A stretch of DNA of 64,000 nucleotides from an uncultured Deminuibacter sp. (GCA_966424055.1 CBJLMB010000013.1:38562-102561); one strand, 5' to 3'. Shown: positions 39,052 through 50,174, counted from the stretch's first letter. A program made the numbers and translations. The notes: a model not told the origin generated them from the letters alone.

Positions 39052-41982
39052 ATGAACAAAATTTGTACTATCCTGCTGGCCGGGATATGCCTGCTGCAGC
39101 ATGCTTCTGCTCAATATGAGTGGAAGGAGGCCAGTGCGGGAGGCTATACCTACCGGTATGTGACCAACGACCCCATGAAAGCCCGTTTTTACAAGCTGAA
39201 GAACGGATTAACCGTTGTGCTCAGTGTTAACAAAAAAGAACCGCGTATTCAAACACTGATCGGTACAAGGGCCGGCAGCAACAACGACCCGGCCGATCAT
39301 ACTGGTCTGGCGCATTACCTGGAGCACCTGCTGTTTAAAGGAACCGACCAGTTCGGCTCGCTTAACTGGTCAAAGGAAAAGCCTTATCTCGACCAGATCG
39401 AAGCCCTGTACGATGCTTACAATCATACCACCGATACAGCCGCACGCAGGGCTGTTTACCATAGTATAGACAGTGTATCGGGTATTGCAGCCAGGTATGC
39501 TATCGCCAATGAATACGATAAGATGATGGCTGCCATGGGCGCCCAGCGGTCTAATGCGCACACCTGGGTGGAAGAAACCGTGTATGAAGAAGATGTGCCT
39601 TCCAACGCACTGGATAAATACCTTGCCGTACAGGCTGAACGGTTCCGTGATCCTATTTTCCGCTTGTTCCATACCGAGCTGGAAGCAGTATATGAAGAAA
39701 AGAACCGGGGCCTCGACAATGATGGCCGTAAGGTGTACGAAACCATGCTGGCCGCTTTATTTCCCACCAATAACTACGGGCAGCAAAGCACCATCGGTAC
39801 TATTGAGCACCTGAAAAACCCCTCGCTTAAGGCCATCAGGGCGTTTTATAATACCTATTATGTGCCCAACAATATGGCGATTGTGATGGCGGGAGATTTT
39901 GACCCTGATTATGTGATCAAAATGATCGACAGGCAGTTTGCCTATATGCAACCCCAAACACTGAAAGAATACAAGCCCGCCCCCGAAAAGCCGATCACTG
40001 CACCGGTGGTAAAAGAAGTGCTGGGGCCAGATGCGGAGAATGTAATGATCGCCTACAGGATGCCCGGTGCACTGGATACTCAATCTGATGTGCTGCTGGG
40101 CGCCATCGCTAAAATACTGAGCAATGGCAAGGCAGGGCTGCTCGACCTGAATGTGAACAAGCAGCAGACCGTACTCGGCGCTGGCGCCAGTTTGATGCCG
40201 TTTAAGGATTATAGTGTTTTTTATCTCAGCGGCAGGGCCAAACAGGGCCAGTCACTGGAACAGGTTAAGGATATCCTGCTGGAGCAGATAGAACTGCTGA
40301 AAAAAGGCAGTTTCGATGAAACACTGGTAAAAGCCATTGTCAGCAATGAAAAGCTCAGTGAACTGCAGGGGCTGGATAACAATGCCAACCGGGCCAACGC
40401 ACTGATGGATGGCTTTATTAAACACAAAGGCGATAACTGGGCGCATGATGTTGCTTATGTAACGGATATGGGGAAAATAACCAAACAGCAGATCGTCGAT
40501 TTCGCCGGCAAATACCTGGCCGGTAATTATGTGCTGGTATATAAACGCAAGGGGGAAGATAAAAATGTGCAGAAAGTGGAGAAGCCGGCTATCACACCTG
40601 TAGAGGTGAACCGCGAGGCACAGTCTGATTTTATGAAAAAAGTCGCTGCCATCCCTGCCACACCGGTGCTGCCGCAATGGCTGGATTATGATAAGGATAT
40701 CCTGAAAGGTAAAGCAGGCAATTCAGGTATGCTGTATGTACAAAACAAAGACAATAGCCTGTTCCGCCTGTACTACCGTTTTGATATGGGCAGCTGGAAT
40801 AATAAAAAGCTGCCGCTGGCTGCACAGTACTTGCAATACCTGGGTACGGATAAATACAGTACAGAGCAGATCAGTAAGGAGTTTTACAATATCGCCTGTA
40901 ATTTTTCTGTGGTTACGGGCAATGATGTAACAACCATCTCTATCTCGGGTTTACAGGAGAATTTTGACAAAGCCGTGCAATTGTTCGATCATGTACTTAC
41001 CCACTGCCAGCCAAATGATGCAGCGTTGACTGCGCTGAAAGGGCGCATGCAGAAGGCCCGCACAGACAGTAAACTGAATAAATCGGCTATTCTGCGTGGT
41101 ATGGTACAATACGCTATTTATGGTGCACACAATCCCTATAATTTCCAGCTGAGCCAGGCCGGTCTGGATGCACTTACTGCCGGCGAATTAACAACCATGC
41201 TTCACCAGCTGCCTTCTTATAAGCATACGGTGATTTATTATGGTCCTGCAACAGCAGAAAAAACAAGTGCTGCCATCCGGCAACTGCATGCCACACCTGC
41301 TACTTTTATTGAAACACCGGCAGCAGAGAAATTTGATAAAATAAGCCAGGATAAAAACCAGGTATTGTTTGCCGATTATGATATGGTGCAATGCGAAGTC
41401 AACTGGATACGGAACAATGCCTTGTACAACCCTGGCAATACCGCCATCAACAGGTTGTTCAATAATTATTTTGGCGGCGGTATGGGATCTATTGTTTTTC
41501 AAACCATCCGTGAATCTAAGGCACTGGCATACTCAACCTATGCCTTTAGTGCATCACCCGATAAAGCCACCGACCATTATACGGTAATGGCCTATGTGGG
41601 CAGCCAGGCCGATAAAATGAATGAGGCCATCGGCGGAATGAACGATCTGCTCAATGAAATGCCCCGTAGCGATAAATTGTTTGAAACTGCCCGCCAGAGT
41701 ATGAAGCAGGATATCGAAACAGAGCGCATCACCCAGGATGGTATTGTATTCAGTTACCTGGCTGCACAAAGGCTGGGACTAACAAATGATATTCGCAGGC
41801 AGGTGTATGAAAGCATCAGTACACTATCGTTCGATGATATTAAAAAATACCATAACGATAACCTGGCGCATAAGCCTTATACTTATTGCATACTGGCCTC
41901 GGAGAAAAAAGTGAATGCCGCTGACCTGGAAAAATACGGAGCGGTGAAAAAGCTGTCGCTGGAAGAAATATTCGGGTATTAA
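39052..41982 (+). CDS. M16 family zinc peptidase (pitrilysin/insulinase-like, duplicated M16 + M16C halves)
   Basis: Signal peptide. Inverted zinc motif HYLEHLLFKGT (HxxEH). Length about 975 aa with two tandem M16 modules. Confidence 0.85.
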   Translation: MNKICTILLAGICLLQHASAQYEWKEASAGGYTYRYVTNDPMKARFYKLKNGLTVVLSVNKKEPRIQTLIGTRAGSNNDPADHTGLAHYLEHLLFKGTDQFGSLNWSKEKPYLDQIEALYDAYNHTTDTAARRAVYHSIDSVSGIAARYAIANEYDKMMAAMGAQRSNAHTWVEETVYEEDVPSNALDKYLAVQAERFRDPIFRLFHTELEAVYEEKNRGLDNDGRKVYETMLAALFPTNNYGQQSTIGTIEHLKNPSLKAIRAFYNTYYVPNNMAIVMAGDFDPDYVIKMIDRQFAYMQPQTLKEYKPAPEKPITAPVVKEVLGPDAENVMIAYRMPGALDTQSDVLLGAIAKILSNGKAGLLDLNVNKQQTVLGAGASLMPFKDYSVFYLSGRAKQGQSLEQVKDILLEQIELLKKGSFDETLVKAIVSNEKLSELQGLDNNANRANALMDGFIKHKGDNWAHDVAYVTDMGKITKQQIVDFAGKYLAGNYVLVYKRKGEDKNVQKVEKPAITPVEVNREAQSDFMKKVAAIPATPVLPQWLDYDKDILKGKAGNSGMLYVQNKDNSLFRLYYRFDMGSWNNKKLPLAAQYLQYLGTDKYSTEQISKEFYNIACNFSVVTGNDVTTISISGLQENFDKAVQLFDHVLTHCQPNDAALTALKGRMQKARTDSKLNKSAILRGMVQYAIYGAHNPYNFQLSQAGLDALTAGELTTMLHQLPSYKHTVIYYGPATAEKTSAAIRQLHATPATFIETPAAEKFDKISQDKNQVLFADYDMVQCEVNWIRNNALYNPGNTAINRLFNNYFGGGMGSIVFQTIRESKALAYSTYAFSASPDKATDHYTVMAYVGSQADKMNEAIGGMNDLLNEMPRSDKLFETARQSMKQDIETERITQDGIVFSYLAAQRLGLTNDIRRQVYESISTLSFDDIKKYHNDNLAHKPYTYCILASEKKVNAADLEKYGAVKKLSLEEIFGY

Positions 41983-42356
41983 TACAATGACACGCCTTAA
42001 TTTTTTTTAAGGTTGCTTAATCACTAATTAATCCCGGTATCTGAAGTGTTCTGCTATTTTTACAGTGGTTTTAGCAGCGTATATGCATCACCGGCAATGA
42101 TACTGGTGTATTGATTTGTCTGATTATTTTTTTGTATAGATTTCCATTAGTGCCCTGGTATTCTTGCCGGGGCATTTTTGTATGCAGCAATGGAACAGCC
42201 CTATACCAGCTTCTTGCCCGGATAGCCGGTAACAATATCTTTTCTGCTGAAAGGAGATGTATGGAGGTTGCCTGGATAAAGTGTTTAATTGACATGCATC
42301 CATTCGCTGTTTTTGCGCATATTCCGTAAATTCGCGGCCAATTAAAACCGGAATCT

Positions 42357-43013
42357 ATGGCAAAGGCTTTTTTATTCGATCTGAACGGCACGGTGATTGA
42401 TGATATGTCATACCATGCTAAGGCCTGGTACGATATCCTGAACAATGATCTGCATGCCGGCCTCACGCCCGAACAGGTGAAAAAAGAGATGTATGGCAAA
42501 AATGATGAATTGCTGATCAGGATTTTTGGAAAAGACCGTTTTACAGAGGAGGAAATGAAAACGCTGTCTGTTGAAAAGGAAAAAAGATACCAGGCCGCTT
42601 ACCTGCCTGATATTGCCCTGATCAATGGCTTGCAACAGTTCCTGGAAGCAGCAGTAAAACACCAGGTGCCCATGGCGATAGGCTCTGCCGCTATCCCGTT
42701 TAATATCGATTTTGCATTGGATAACCTGCATATCAGGCATTTTTTCTCCGCTATTGTCAGTGCAGATGATGTGGCATTAAGCAAACCGCATCCCGAAACA
42801 TTTCTCAAAGCAGCACAGCTGTTGCATGCCCAGCCTGAAGACTGCGTGGTATTTGAAGATGCACCCAAAGGCGTGGAAGCAGCCCTGAATGCCGGCATGA
42901 AAGCGGTTGTTATCACGACCATGCATGGTAAAGAAGAGTTTGCAGCTTATCCCAATGTGTTGTTTTTCATAAAAGATTATACAGATGTCGCATTGCAGCA
43001 ACTGCTGCAGTAA
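42357..43013 (+). CDS. HAD-IA family hydrolase (beta-phosphoglucomutase-like phosphatase)
   Basis: Motif I FDLNGTVID, a cap domain, and motif IV …FEDAPKGVEAALNAGMKAV…. Confidence 0.8.
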   Translation: MAKAFLFDLNGTVIDDMSYHAKAWYDILNNDLHAGLTPEQVKKEMYGKNDELLIRIFGKDRFTEEEMKTLSVEKEKRYQAAYLPDIALINGLQQFLEAAVKHQVPMAIGSAAIPFNIDFALDNLHIRHFFSAIVSADDVALSKPHPETFLKAAQLLHAQPEDCVVFEDAPKGVEAALNAGMKAVVITTMHGKEEFAAYPNVLFFIKDYTDVALQQLLQ

Positions 43014-43056
43014 GAACCGCAGGATAAAACCGCTTTAAGCAGGCATATATTACAAT

Positions 43057-43086
43057 AAAGGACGGCCCCGCCGTCCTTTATTGTAT
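43057..43086 (+). terminator. Rho-independent terminator hairpin (AATAAAGGACGGCCCCGCCGTCCTTTATTG)
   Basis: Perfect 10-bp GC-rich stem with a 3-nt loop, flanked by A/T runs, 45 nt after the HAD gene stop. Confidence 0.6.
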
Positions 43087-43312
43087 ATCCCACCACCCAC
43101 CAGGATAGCATTTCCAGCATTTTTTTTCGCTGTTTACAAATTGGCGCAAACGTTTGATGATTGCATTTGCGACTGTCTGGCCCGCACACCATAGATGCGA
43201 TGGGCATTTTCGTCGCTATTTTTCTATATTTTGTCGCTTCATCCTGCCGTAGCAGATAGTATTTCATAAAAAACAAAAGCAGAACGGGCTTTGAAACTGC
43301 AGCCCGTTCATC

Positions 43313-45370
43313 ATGTGTATGAAGCATTTTTTTACAATACCGGTAGCCGTACTCACGCTATTTTTTTCACAGGCGCTTCATGCGCAGAGACAGGTGATCA
43401 GTTTTAATAACGATTGGCAGTTCAGGAAAACTGTTGTTGAGAAGAACGCCGCCCAGGCCGATACCGGTTGGAATGAAGTGCAGCTGCCACATACCTGGAA
43501 CAATAAAGACATGCAGGCGGGAAAGGATTTTTATCAGGGGGAAGCTTTATACCGGAAAACTTTTGTTGCAGAGAAGGATTGGCAGAACCGGCGTGTATTT
43601 ATCCGCTTTGATGGTGTGGGGCAGGTAGCTGCTGTTTGGGTGAATGGTAAACTGGCCGGCGAGCACAAAGGCGGCTATAGCGCTTTTTGTTTTGATATCA
43701 GCTACCTGCTGAAGTTTGGCGAAAACAACCAGGTAGAAGTGAAGGTGAACAATGAAGCAAGGCCGGATGTGATTCCCGTTAACAATAACCTGTTTGCCCT
43801 GTACGGTGGCATTTACCGGCCTGTGAACCTGATCCTGACCGGCAAACTGAATATCAGCACCACCGATTATGCCGGTCCGGGTGTATATATCCGCCAGAAA
43901 AATGTATCGGCATCTTCGGCCGCTATAACAGTGAGCACCAGGCTGGAAAACAAAACCGGTCAGCCGGCAGCATTAACATTGTCTGCAACCGTATCTGATG
44001 CCGCAGGCAAAATAGTGCAATCCACTGCCCGGCCCATCCGCCTGCTGCCACAGGCTATGCAGCAGTTCGATCAGCCAATAACCGTCAGCAGCCCGCATTT
44101 ATGGAATGGTCTTGACAACGCTTATCTGTATAAAGTAACCGTACAGCTGAAACAGGTCGATACGGTATTGGATGAAGTAACACAGCCGCTGGGGCTTCGT
44201 ACAATAGAGATCAGGGATGGCAAAGGTTTGTACCTGAACAATAAGCCCTACCGCCTGTATGGTGTTTGCCGTCACCAGGACTGGTGGGGCCTGGGTAACG
44301 CACTTACCAACCAGCAGCATGCTACCGATCTTGAAATGATACATGAAATGGGCGCCAATTCCATCCGCCTGGCACATTACCAGCAGGCGGCTTATATCTA
44401 TGAAAAAACTGACAGCATCGGCTTCCTGGTATGGGCCGAAGTGCCTTTTGTAAATTCGGTGACCGGCAAGGAAAGCGATAATGCCCTGCAGCAGATGAAA
44501 GAGCTCATCAGGCAAAACTTCAATCATCCTTCCATCTATGTATGGGGCATGCACAATGAAGTGTATGAAAAAAATGGTGCTGGTTATGTAAGCCAGCTTA
44601 CGGCCGCTTTACATAGCCTGGCCAAAACGGAAGATCTTGACCGGTTTACTGCCAGCGTCAACGGCTATGGCACTATGGAACGCCCGGAGAATGGTGAAGG
44701 CGATATACAGGGTATGAACCGCTACTATGGCTGGTACGAAGGTAAAACAGCCGATCTTGAAAAATGGGTAGCAGGCCTGGAACAAAAATATCCTTCCAAT
44801 AAAATAGTATTGTCTGAATATGGTGCCGAAGGAAATGTGCAGCAACAGGATGAAAACCCGCCAGTGAAGATCGATCCGGTAAGTGGCCAGTATTTTCCCG
44901 AACAGCTGGAAACGCGTTTGCATGAAGTGCAATGGGGCATTCTCAAAAAACATCCTTACCTGGTATCCAGCTATGTGTGGAATATGTTTGATTTCTGTGT
45001 ACCGTTATGGAACCGCGGTGGGGTGGCCGCTCGCAATATGAAAGGCCTGGTAAGCTTCGACCGGCAAATAAAAAAAGATGCGTTCTACTGGTACAAGGCC
45101 AACTGGAGCAAAGAGCCTGTGCTGTATATCGCCGACAGGCGCCTGGTGCAGCGCAAACAGGCTGTGACCACCATCACGGTTTATTCGAACAGGGGCGTAC
45201 CGGTACTGGAGCTGAACGGGAAAAAAATAGCAGCACCTAAACAGGGTACTACAACAGTGCATTACCTGTTTGAACAGGTGACCTTGCAAAAAGGAAGGAA
45301 TGAAATAAAGGTATCGGTGCAGCAAAACGGCAAAACGTATTCAGATGCCGTACAATGGCAACTTCAGTAA
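43313..45370 (+). CDS. Glycoside hydrolase family 2 (beta-galactosidase/beta-glucuronidase-like)
   Basis: Signal peptide. GH2 sugar-binding jelly-roll (…RVFIRFDGVGQVAAVWVNGKLAGEHKGGYSAFCFDIS…) and GH2 TIM-barrel region (…GANSIRLAHYQQ…, …VWGMHNEV…EYGAEG…). Confidence 0.8.
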   Translation: MCMKHFFTIPVAVLTLFFSQALHAQRQVISFNNDWQFRKTVVEKNAAQADTGWNEVQLPHTWNNKDMQAGKDFYQGEALYRKTFVAEKDWQNRRVFIRFDGVGQVAAVWVNGKLAGEHKGGYSAFCFDISYLLKFGENNQVEVKVNNEARPDVIPVNNNLFALYGGIYRPVNLILTGKLNISTTDYAGPGVYIRQKNVSASSAAITVSTRLENKTGQPAALTLSATVSDAAGKIVQSTARPIRLLPQAMQQFDQPITVSSPHLWNGLDNAYLYKVTVQLKQVDTVLDEVTQPLGLRTIEIRDGKGLYLNNKPYRLYGVCRHQDWWGLGNALTNQQHATDLEMIHEMGANSIRLAHYQQAAYIYEKTDSIGFLVWAEVPFVNSVTGKESDNALQQMKELIRQNFNHPSIYVWGMHNEVYEKNGAGYVSQLTAALHSLAKTEDLDRFTASVNGYGTMERPENGEGDIQGMNRYYGWYEGKTADLEKWVAGLEQKYPSNKIVLSEYGAEGNVQQQDENPPVKIDPVSGQYFPEQLETRLHEVQWGILKKHPYLVSSYVWNMFDFCVPLWNRGGVAARNMKGLVSFDRQIKKDAFYWYKANWSKEPVLYIADRRLVQRKQAVTTITVYSNRGVPVLELNGKKIAAPKQGTTTVHYLFEQVTLQKGRNEIKVSVQQNGKTYSDAVQWQLQ

Positions 45371-45385
45371 CCAAAATGATAAACA

Positions 45386-47602
45386 GTGTTGCATTCATTT
45401 TTAAAAACAGGCTTGCCGGTAATGTTTTGCTGCAGTATGGCGCTGCGGGGTATGCCGCAATTGCTGCATTCTCCGCTACCCCAGGCGGCTGACAGCATTA
45501 ATGAATTGTACAGGGGCGACTGGCTGGTACACCGCCCCGCGGTAAATGCTACTGTATACACCACCAACGGCGGAAAGGATATTGTTTTATACAATGGTTT
45601 ACTGAAAAGAGTGTTCCGCCTGCAGCCGGATATTGCCTGTATTGATTATACCAACCTGGTCACCGGCCAGCAATTGCTTCGTTCTGTAAAGGCAGAAGCA
45701 AGGCTGTGTATTGATGGTAAAACGTATACCATAGGCGGCTTATCCGGTCAAAAGGAAAATGCTTACCTGTTGCCCGATAGTGTGGACAACTGGAAAAAAA
45801 GCAGTACCGGTTTTACGGTACAATCCTGTACCGTATCGGCAATACAGCCTTACCTGCACTGGCGTTCTGCGCTATGGACTGCTAACCGGCAACAACCCAC
45901 CGGCCGCTCGGTTTGTTTTACGTATACAGGAGCCGATACTGCAGTACAGGGTGTTGAGGTAAAAGTGTATTATGACCTCTACGATGGGCTGCCACTGTTA
46001 AGCAAATGGCTTTCTGTACAAAACAATGGAAGGCGGGTCATTCGCCTGGATAGTGTGGTGAACGAAATACTTGGCCTGGTAGAAGAGCAGAGCGCGGTAG
46101 TGGGCAGTGTCAACGATATGGAAAAGCAGCAGGGCATTTATGTGGAAACCAATTATGCATTCAACAATGCCATGCGTTACGACCTGAGCGATCAAACCCT
46201 GCACTGGAAAGCGGATCCTTCTTATACTTCACAGGTAAACTACAACCTGCAAACGCCCTGTTTAATGGAAGTGTATCCCGGTAGGGGCATCGGGATCACA
46301 TTGAACCCGGGCGAACAGTTCCGCTCTGTACGCAGCTATGAATTGCTGATGGACAGCTACGACCGCGAGCGGCGCGGGCTGGCCATCCGTCAGCTGTACA
46401 GAACAATTGCTCCGTGGACAACAGCCAACCCCATTTTCATGCACCTGGTAAGTAAAGAGGATGCACAGGTGAAAGCCGCGATTGACCAGTGTGCAGCAAC
46501 TGGCTATGAGGCCGTGATCATGAGCTTCGGCAGTCACTGTAATATGGAAGATACCAGCGTTGCCAATATCCGCCGGTGGAAGACGATGGCCGATTATGCG
46601 CACAGTAAAAAGATTGCACTGGGTGGCTATTCGTTATTCAGCTCCCGCCGTATCAGCGATGCAGATGATGTAATAGATCCCATTACAGGCAAACCCGATG
46701 CCGGGGCTTTTTTTCAGCATGCACCCTGCCTGGGCAGCAACTGGGGGCTCGCTTATCTCGCTAAACTGAAATACTTTATTCGTAGCACCGGCTTTGATAT
46801 TTTCGAAAACGACGGGCCCTATCCCGGCGATGTGTGTGCTTCCACTTCGCACCCCGGTCATAAAGGACTGGATGATTCGCAATGGCGGCAGATGGAATTG
46901 CAGAAAGACCTGTACCACTGGTGCAACGAGCAGGGCGTATATGTAAATGCACCCGACTGGTATTTCCTGGATGGTACCAATAAAATAGCCGTCGGTTACC
47001 GTGAAACCAATTATTCATTGCCCAGGGAACAACAGAAAATACTCAACCGCCAGAATATATTCGATGGCACTTGGGAAAAAACACCAGCCATGGGCTGGGG
47101 GTTTGTACCATTGACCAAATACCAGGGCGGTGGCCCAGAAGCAGTGCTTGAACCGCTGAAAGATCATCTGCAGGATTATGAACAACTGATGATGCAATAC
47201 TATGGCGCAGGTATACAGGCCTGTTACCGCGGCCCCAGGCTCTACGATGCAGATACCACCCGCGAAACCGTGAGCCGCGTTATCCGCTGGTACAAGCAAT
47301 ACCGCGATATACTGAATGCAGATATCCTGCATCTCCGCCGTGCCGATGGAAGGGATTGGGATGGCATTATGCATGTGCGTTCCGGCACCGGTATTAAAGC
47401 GATGGTGATGTTGTACAACCCGCTTCCCGAAACAATCAGGCGCACCATCCGTTTGCCGTTGTACTATACCGGTTTGCAGCAAACCGCACTGATCAGCGAA
47501 AGAACAGCCACTGGCAGGCGTTATACCCTGGACCACGACTGGTCGGTACAGGTACCGGTAACGATCCCCGCAAACAGCTATACCTGGCTAACGGTTGAAT
47601 AG
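45386..47602 (+). CDS. Hypothetical protein (738 aa), probable operon partner of the GH2 gene; unrecognised family
   Basis: Starts 16 bp after the GH2 stop. Weak hydrophobic N-terminus. No motif that I can assign to a known GH family. Sits between GH2 and uxuA. Confidence 0.45.
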   Translation: MLHSFLKTGLPVMFCCSMALRGMPQLLHSPLPQAADSINELYRGDWLVHRPAVNATVYTTNGGKDIVLYNGLLKRVFRLQPDIACIDYTNLVTGQQLLRSVKAEARLCIDGKTYTIGGLSGQKENAYLLPDSVDNWKKSSTGFTVQSCTVSAIQPYLHWRSALWTANRQQPTGRSVCFTYTGADTAVQGVEVKVYYDLYDGLPLLSKWLSVQNNGRRVIRLDSVVNEILGLVEEQSAVVGSVNDMEKQQGIYVETNYAFNNAMRYDLSDQTLHWKADPSYTSQVNYNLQTPCLMEVYPGRGIGITLNPGEQFRSVRSYELLMDSYDRERRGLAIRQLYRTIAPWTTANPIFMHLVSKEDAQVKAAIDQCAATGYEAVIMSFGSHCNMEDTSVANIRRWKTMADYAHSKKIALGGYSLFSSRRISDADDVIDPITGKPDAGAFFQHAPCLGSNWGLAYLAKLKYFIRSTGFDIFENDGPYPGDVCASTSHPGHKGLDDSQWRQMELQKDLYHWCNEQGVYVNAPDWYFLDGTNKIAVGYRETNYSLPREQQKILNRQNIFDGTWEKTPAMGWGFVPLTKYQGGGPEAVLEPLKDHLQDYEQLMMQYYGAGIQACYRGPRLYDADTTRETVSRVIRWYKQYRDILNADILHLRRADGRDWDGIMHVRSGTGIKAMVMLYNPLPETIRRTIRLPLYYTGLQQTALISERTATGRRYTLDHDWSVQVPVTIPANSYTWLTVE

Positions 47603-47737
47603 AGGTGTTTTGACTGCAGGTACTTGTGTTCCTTTTGCAGCATTACAGAAAACGTTTTCGTAGTTTATCCTACAGCAGTTGACCGGCTGAATAGGCTAAA
47701 AGCTGTATTTTGAGCGTCAAAAGAACAATCATTATTT

Positions 47738-48907
47738 ATGCGATTAAAACAAACATGGCGCTGGTTTGGACCGAATGACCCTGTTTCATTAATAGATATT
47801 CACCAGGCAGGAGCAAAAGGCATCGTGACGGCACTACACCATATCCCGCATGGCGAAATATGGACAGTAGAAGAGATCCGGAAAAGAATTGATGAGCTGG
47901 CCCGCAACAATTTTATCTGGGATGTAGTGGAAAGCCTGTCGATTCATGAAGACATCAAAACCCGCTCTGGTAATTACCTGCAGTATATTGAAAACTACAA
48001 AATATCCCTTCGCAACCTGGCCCAATGCGGCATCCGTATTGTTACGTACAACTTTATGCCGGTAAATGACTGGACCCGCACCGATATCGCTTACCGGATG
48101 GCCGACCAGTCGAAAGCGCTTTATTTTAACTGGACCGATCTGGCCATTTTTGATATTCATATCCTCAAAAGAAACAATGCGGAAGCCGCTTATCCCGCTG
48201 CTATCACAGAGCGGGCCAAGCAGAAATTCGCTTCTTTTACACCTGCACAAACCGAAACCCTGGTCGATACGGTGCTATTCGGTATTCCCGGCGAAGAAAG
48301 AAGAACCGTTCAGGCTATGCAAAAACAGCTGGAACGGTATACCGATATCAATCATGCTGCACTGAAAGAAAACATGGCTTATTTTCTGCGGCAGGTGGCG
48401 CCTGTTGCGGAAGAGAATGGTATCAGGCTGGCAGTGCATCCGGATGATCCCCCATTCGATATACTCGGTCTCCCGCGTATTGTATCCACACGGCAGGACC
48501 TGCTCGATGTACTGAAAGCCACACCCGAAGCAGCCAACGGCATTTGCTTTTGTACAGGATCATTGGGCGCCAATAAAGAAAATGACCTGCCCCGGATGAT
48601 CCGGGAGCTGGACACCCGCATACACTTTATTCACCTGCGCAATACACGGCGCGATGAAGAAGGTAACTTTTATGAAGCCGATCACCTTGACGGGGATACA
48701 GATATGTACGCCGTGGTAAAAGAATTGCTTACCATCCAGCAAAAACTCGACAGCCCGATCCCTTTCCGTCCCGATCATGGCCACCAGATGCTGGATGATA
48801 TGGACAAAATAACCAATCCCGGCTATTCAGCCATCGGCCGCCTGCGCGGCCTGGCAGAACTGCGCGGCCTTGAACTGGGAATTGCCCGCAGCCAGGGCTG
48901 GGATTAA
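47738..48907 (+). CDS. uxuA: Mannonate dehydratase
   Basis: N-terminus MRLKQTWRWFGPNDPVSLIDIHQAGAKGIVTALHHIPHGEIWTVEEI… is the canonical UxuA start. TIM-barrel with about 390 aa. Confidence 0.9.
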   Translation: MRLKQTWRWFGPNDPVSLIDIHQAGAKGIVTALHHIPHGEIWTVEEIRKRIDELARNNFIWDVVESLSIHEDIKTRSGNYLQYIENYKISLRNLAQCGIRIVTYNFMPVNDWTRTDIAYRMADQSKALYFNWTDLAIFDIHILKRNNAEAAYPAAITERAKQKFASFTPAQTETLVDTVLFGIPGEERRTVQAMQKQLERYTDINHAALKENMAYFLRQVAPVAEENGIRLAVHPDDPPFDILGLPRIVSTRQDLLDVLKATPEAANGICFCTGSLGANKENDLPRMIRELDTRIHFIHLRNTRRDEEGNFYEADHLDGDTDMYAVVKELLTIQQKLDSPIPFRPDHGHQMLDDMDKITNPGYSAIGRLRGLAELRGLELGIARSQGWD

Positions 48908-48931
48908 AAGCACAGCATAAAAAAACAACAA

Positions 48932-48975
48932 CAAGGGAATAAACTTAAACGATATAGGTTATTCCCTTGTTTTTA
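48932..48975 (+). terminator. Putative rho-independent terminator after uxuA (CAAGGGAATAA…TTATTCCCTTGTTTTT)
   Basis: 9-bp stem, about 20-nt loop, followed by a T-run. Confidence 0.45.
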
Positions 48976-48995
48976 TATGATAATTTTACTGCAGC

Positions 48996-50174
48996 ATGAA
49001 AAACTTATTACTACCTGCACTGATCCTGGCAGCAACGCTGGGTGCAGGAGCGCAGAATAAACAGATGAAGGCATTTATAGATGAGCAATTGTCCTTCGCC
49101 GTACAACAATACAAAGTGCTGCACCAGCGAACACCACAGGGTCTGTTTCCCCGCACTTATGATGTTGCAAAAGATAGCCTGTACTGCAGTAAGTCAGATT
49201 GGTGGTGCAGTGGTTTTTATCCCGGTACTTTATTGTATTTATACGAATATGCAAAAGATGCGGCGCTGAAACAGGATGCATTGGAAAGTATGCGCTACCA
49301 GGCAAAAGAACAGTTCAATAAGGGCACGCACGACCTGGGCTTTATGTTGTACTGCAGTTTTGGCAATGCCTGGCGGTTGTTTCATGATGACAGCTGTAAA
49401 GCCGTTCTGCTGAATGGCGCCAGGTCGCTGAGCACACGCTTTAACCCGGTGGTGGGCTGTATCAGGTCATGGGATGCAAAGCGCTGGAAATTCCCGGTGA
49501 TCATCGATAATATGATGAACCTGGAATTCCTGGCCTGGGCCACCAATATCAGTGGCGATTCTTCTTTCTATAATATTGCTGTTACCCATGCTACCACCAC
49601 CATGCACAATCATTTCAGGAAAGATTACAGCTCGTACCATGTAGTGGATTATGACCCGGCAACAGGCCAGGTGATCAGGAAGCAGACCGCACAGGGTTAT
49701 GCGGATGAATCTGCCTGGTCACGTGGGCAGGCCTGGGGCCTTTACGGGTATACAATGATGTACCGCGAAACAAAACAGCCGGCTTTCCTGGAGCAAGCCA
49801 AACATATTGCGCATTTTATTCTCAGCAATCCCAACCTGCCGGCCGATAAAATACCTTACTGGGATTACAATGCGCCGGATATACCCCATGCTTACCGCGA
49901 CGCATCCGCAGCGGCTGTAATGGCTTCTGCTTTCCTGGAGCTGGCGCGTTATACAAAAGGAACAGAACACAATACCTATCTTTCCACTGCAGTCTCCATA
50001 CTGAAAAAACTGGGCTCACCCGCTTACCGCGCTGCATTGGGCACCAACGGCGGTTTTTTGCTGCAACACAGTGTAGGCTCTTTGCCGGGAAAATCAGAAG
50101 TGGATGTTCCGCTGAGCTATGCCGATTATTATTTTGTTGAAGCACTGCTGCGCTACCGCCAGTGGTATTTATGA
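48996..50174 (+). CDS. Glycoside hydrolase family 88 (unsaturated glucuronyl hydrolase-like, six-hairpin)
   Basis: Signal peptide. (α/α)6 features (…WWCSGFYPGTLLYLYEY…, …IIDNMMNLEFLAWA…, …WSRGQAWGLYGYTMMY…) are typical of GH88/GH105. Confidence 0.75.
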   Translation: MKNLLLPALILAATLGAGAQNKQMKAFIDEQLSFAVQQYKVLHQRTPQGLFPRTYDVAKDSLYCSKSDWWCSGFYPGTLLYLYEYAKDAALKQDALESMRYQAKEQFNKGTHDLGFMLYCSFGNAWRLFHDDSCKAVLLNGARSLSTRFNPVVGCIRSWDAKRWKFPVIIDNMMNLEFLAWATNISGDSSFYNIAVTHATTTMHNHFRKDYSSYHVVDYDPATGQVIRKQTAQGYADESAWSRGQAWGLYGYTMMYRETKQPAFLEQAKHIAHFILSNPNLPADKIPYWDYNAPDIPHAYRDASAAAVMASAFLELARYTKGTEHNTYLSTAVSILKKLGSPAYRAALGTNGGFLLQHSVGSLPGKSEVDVPLSYADYYFVEALLRYRQWYL

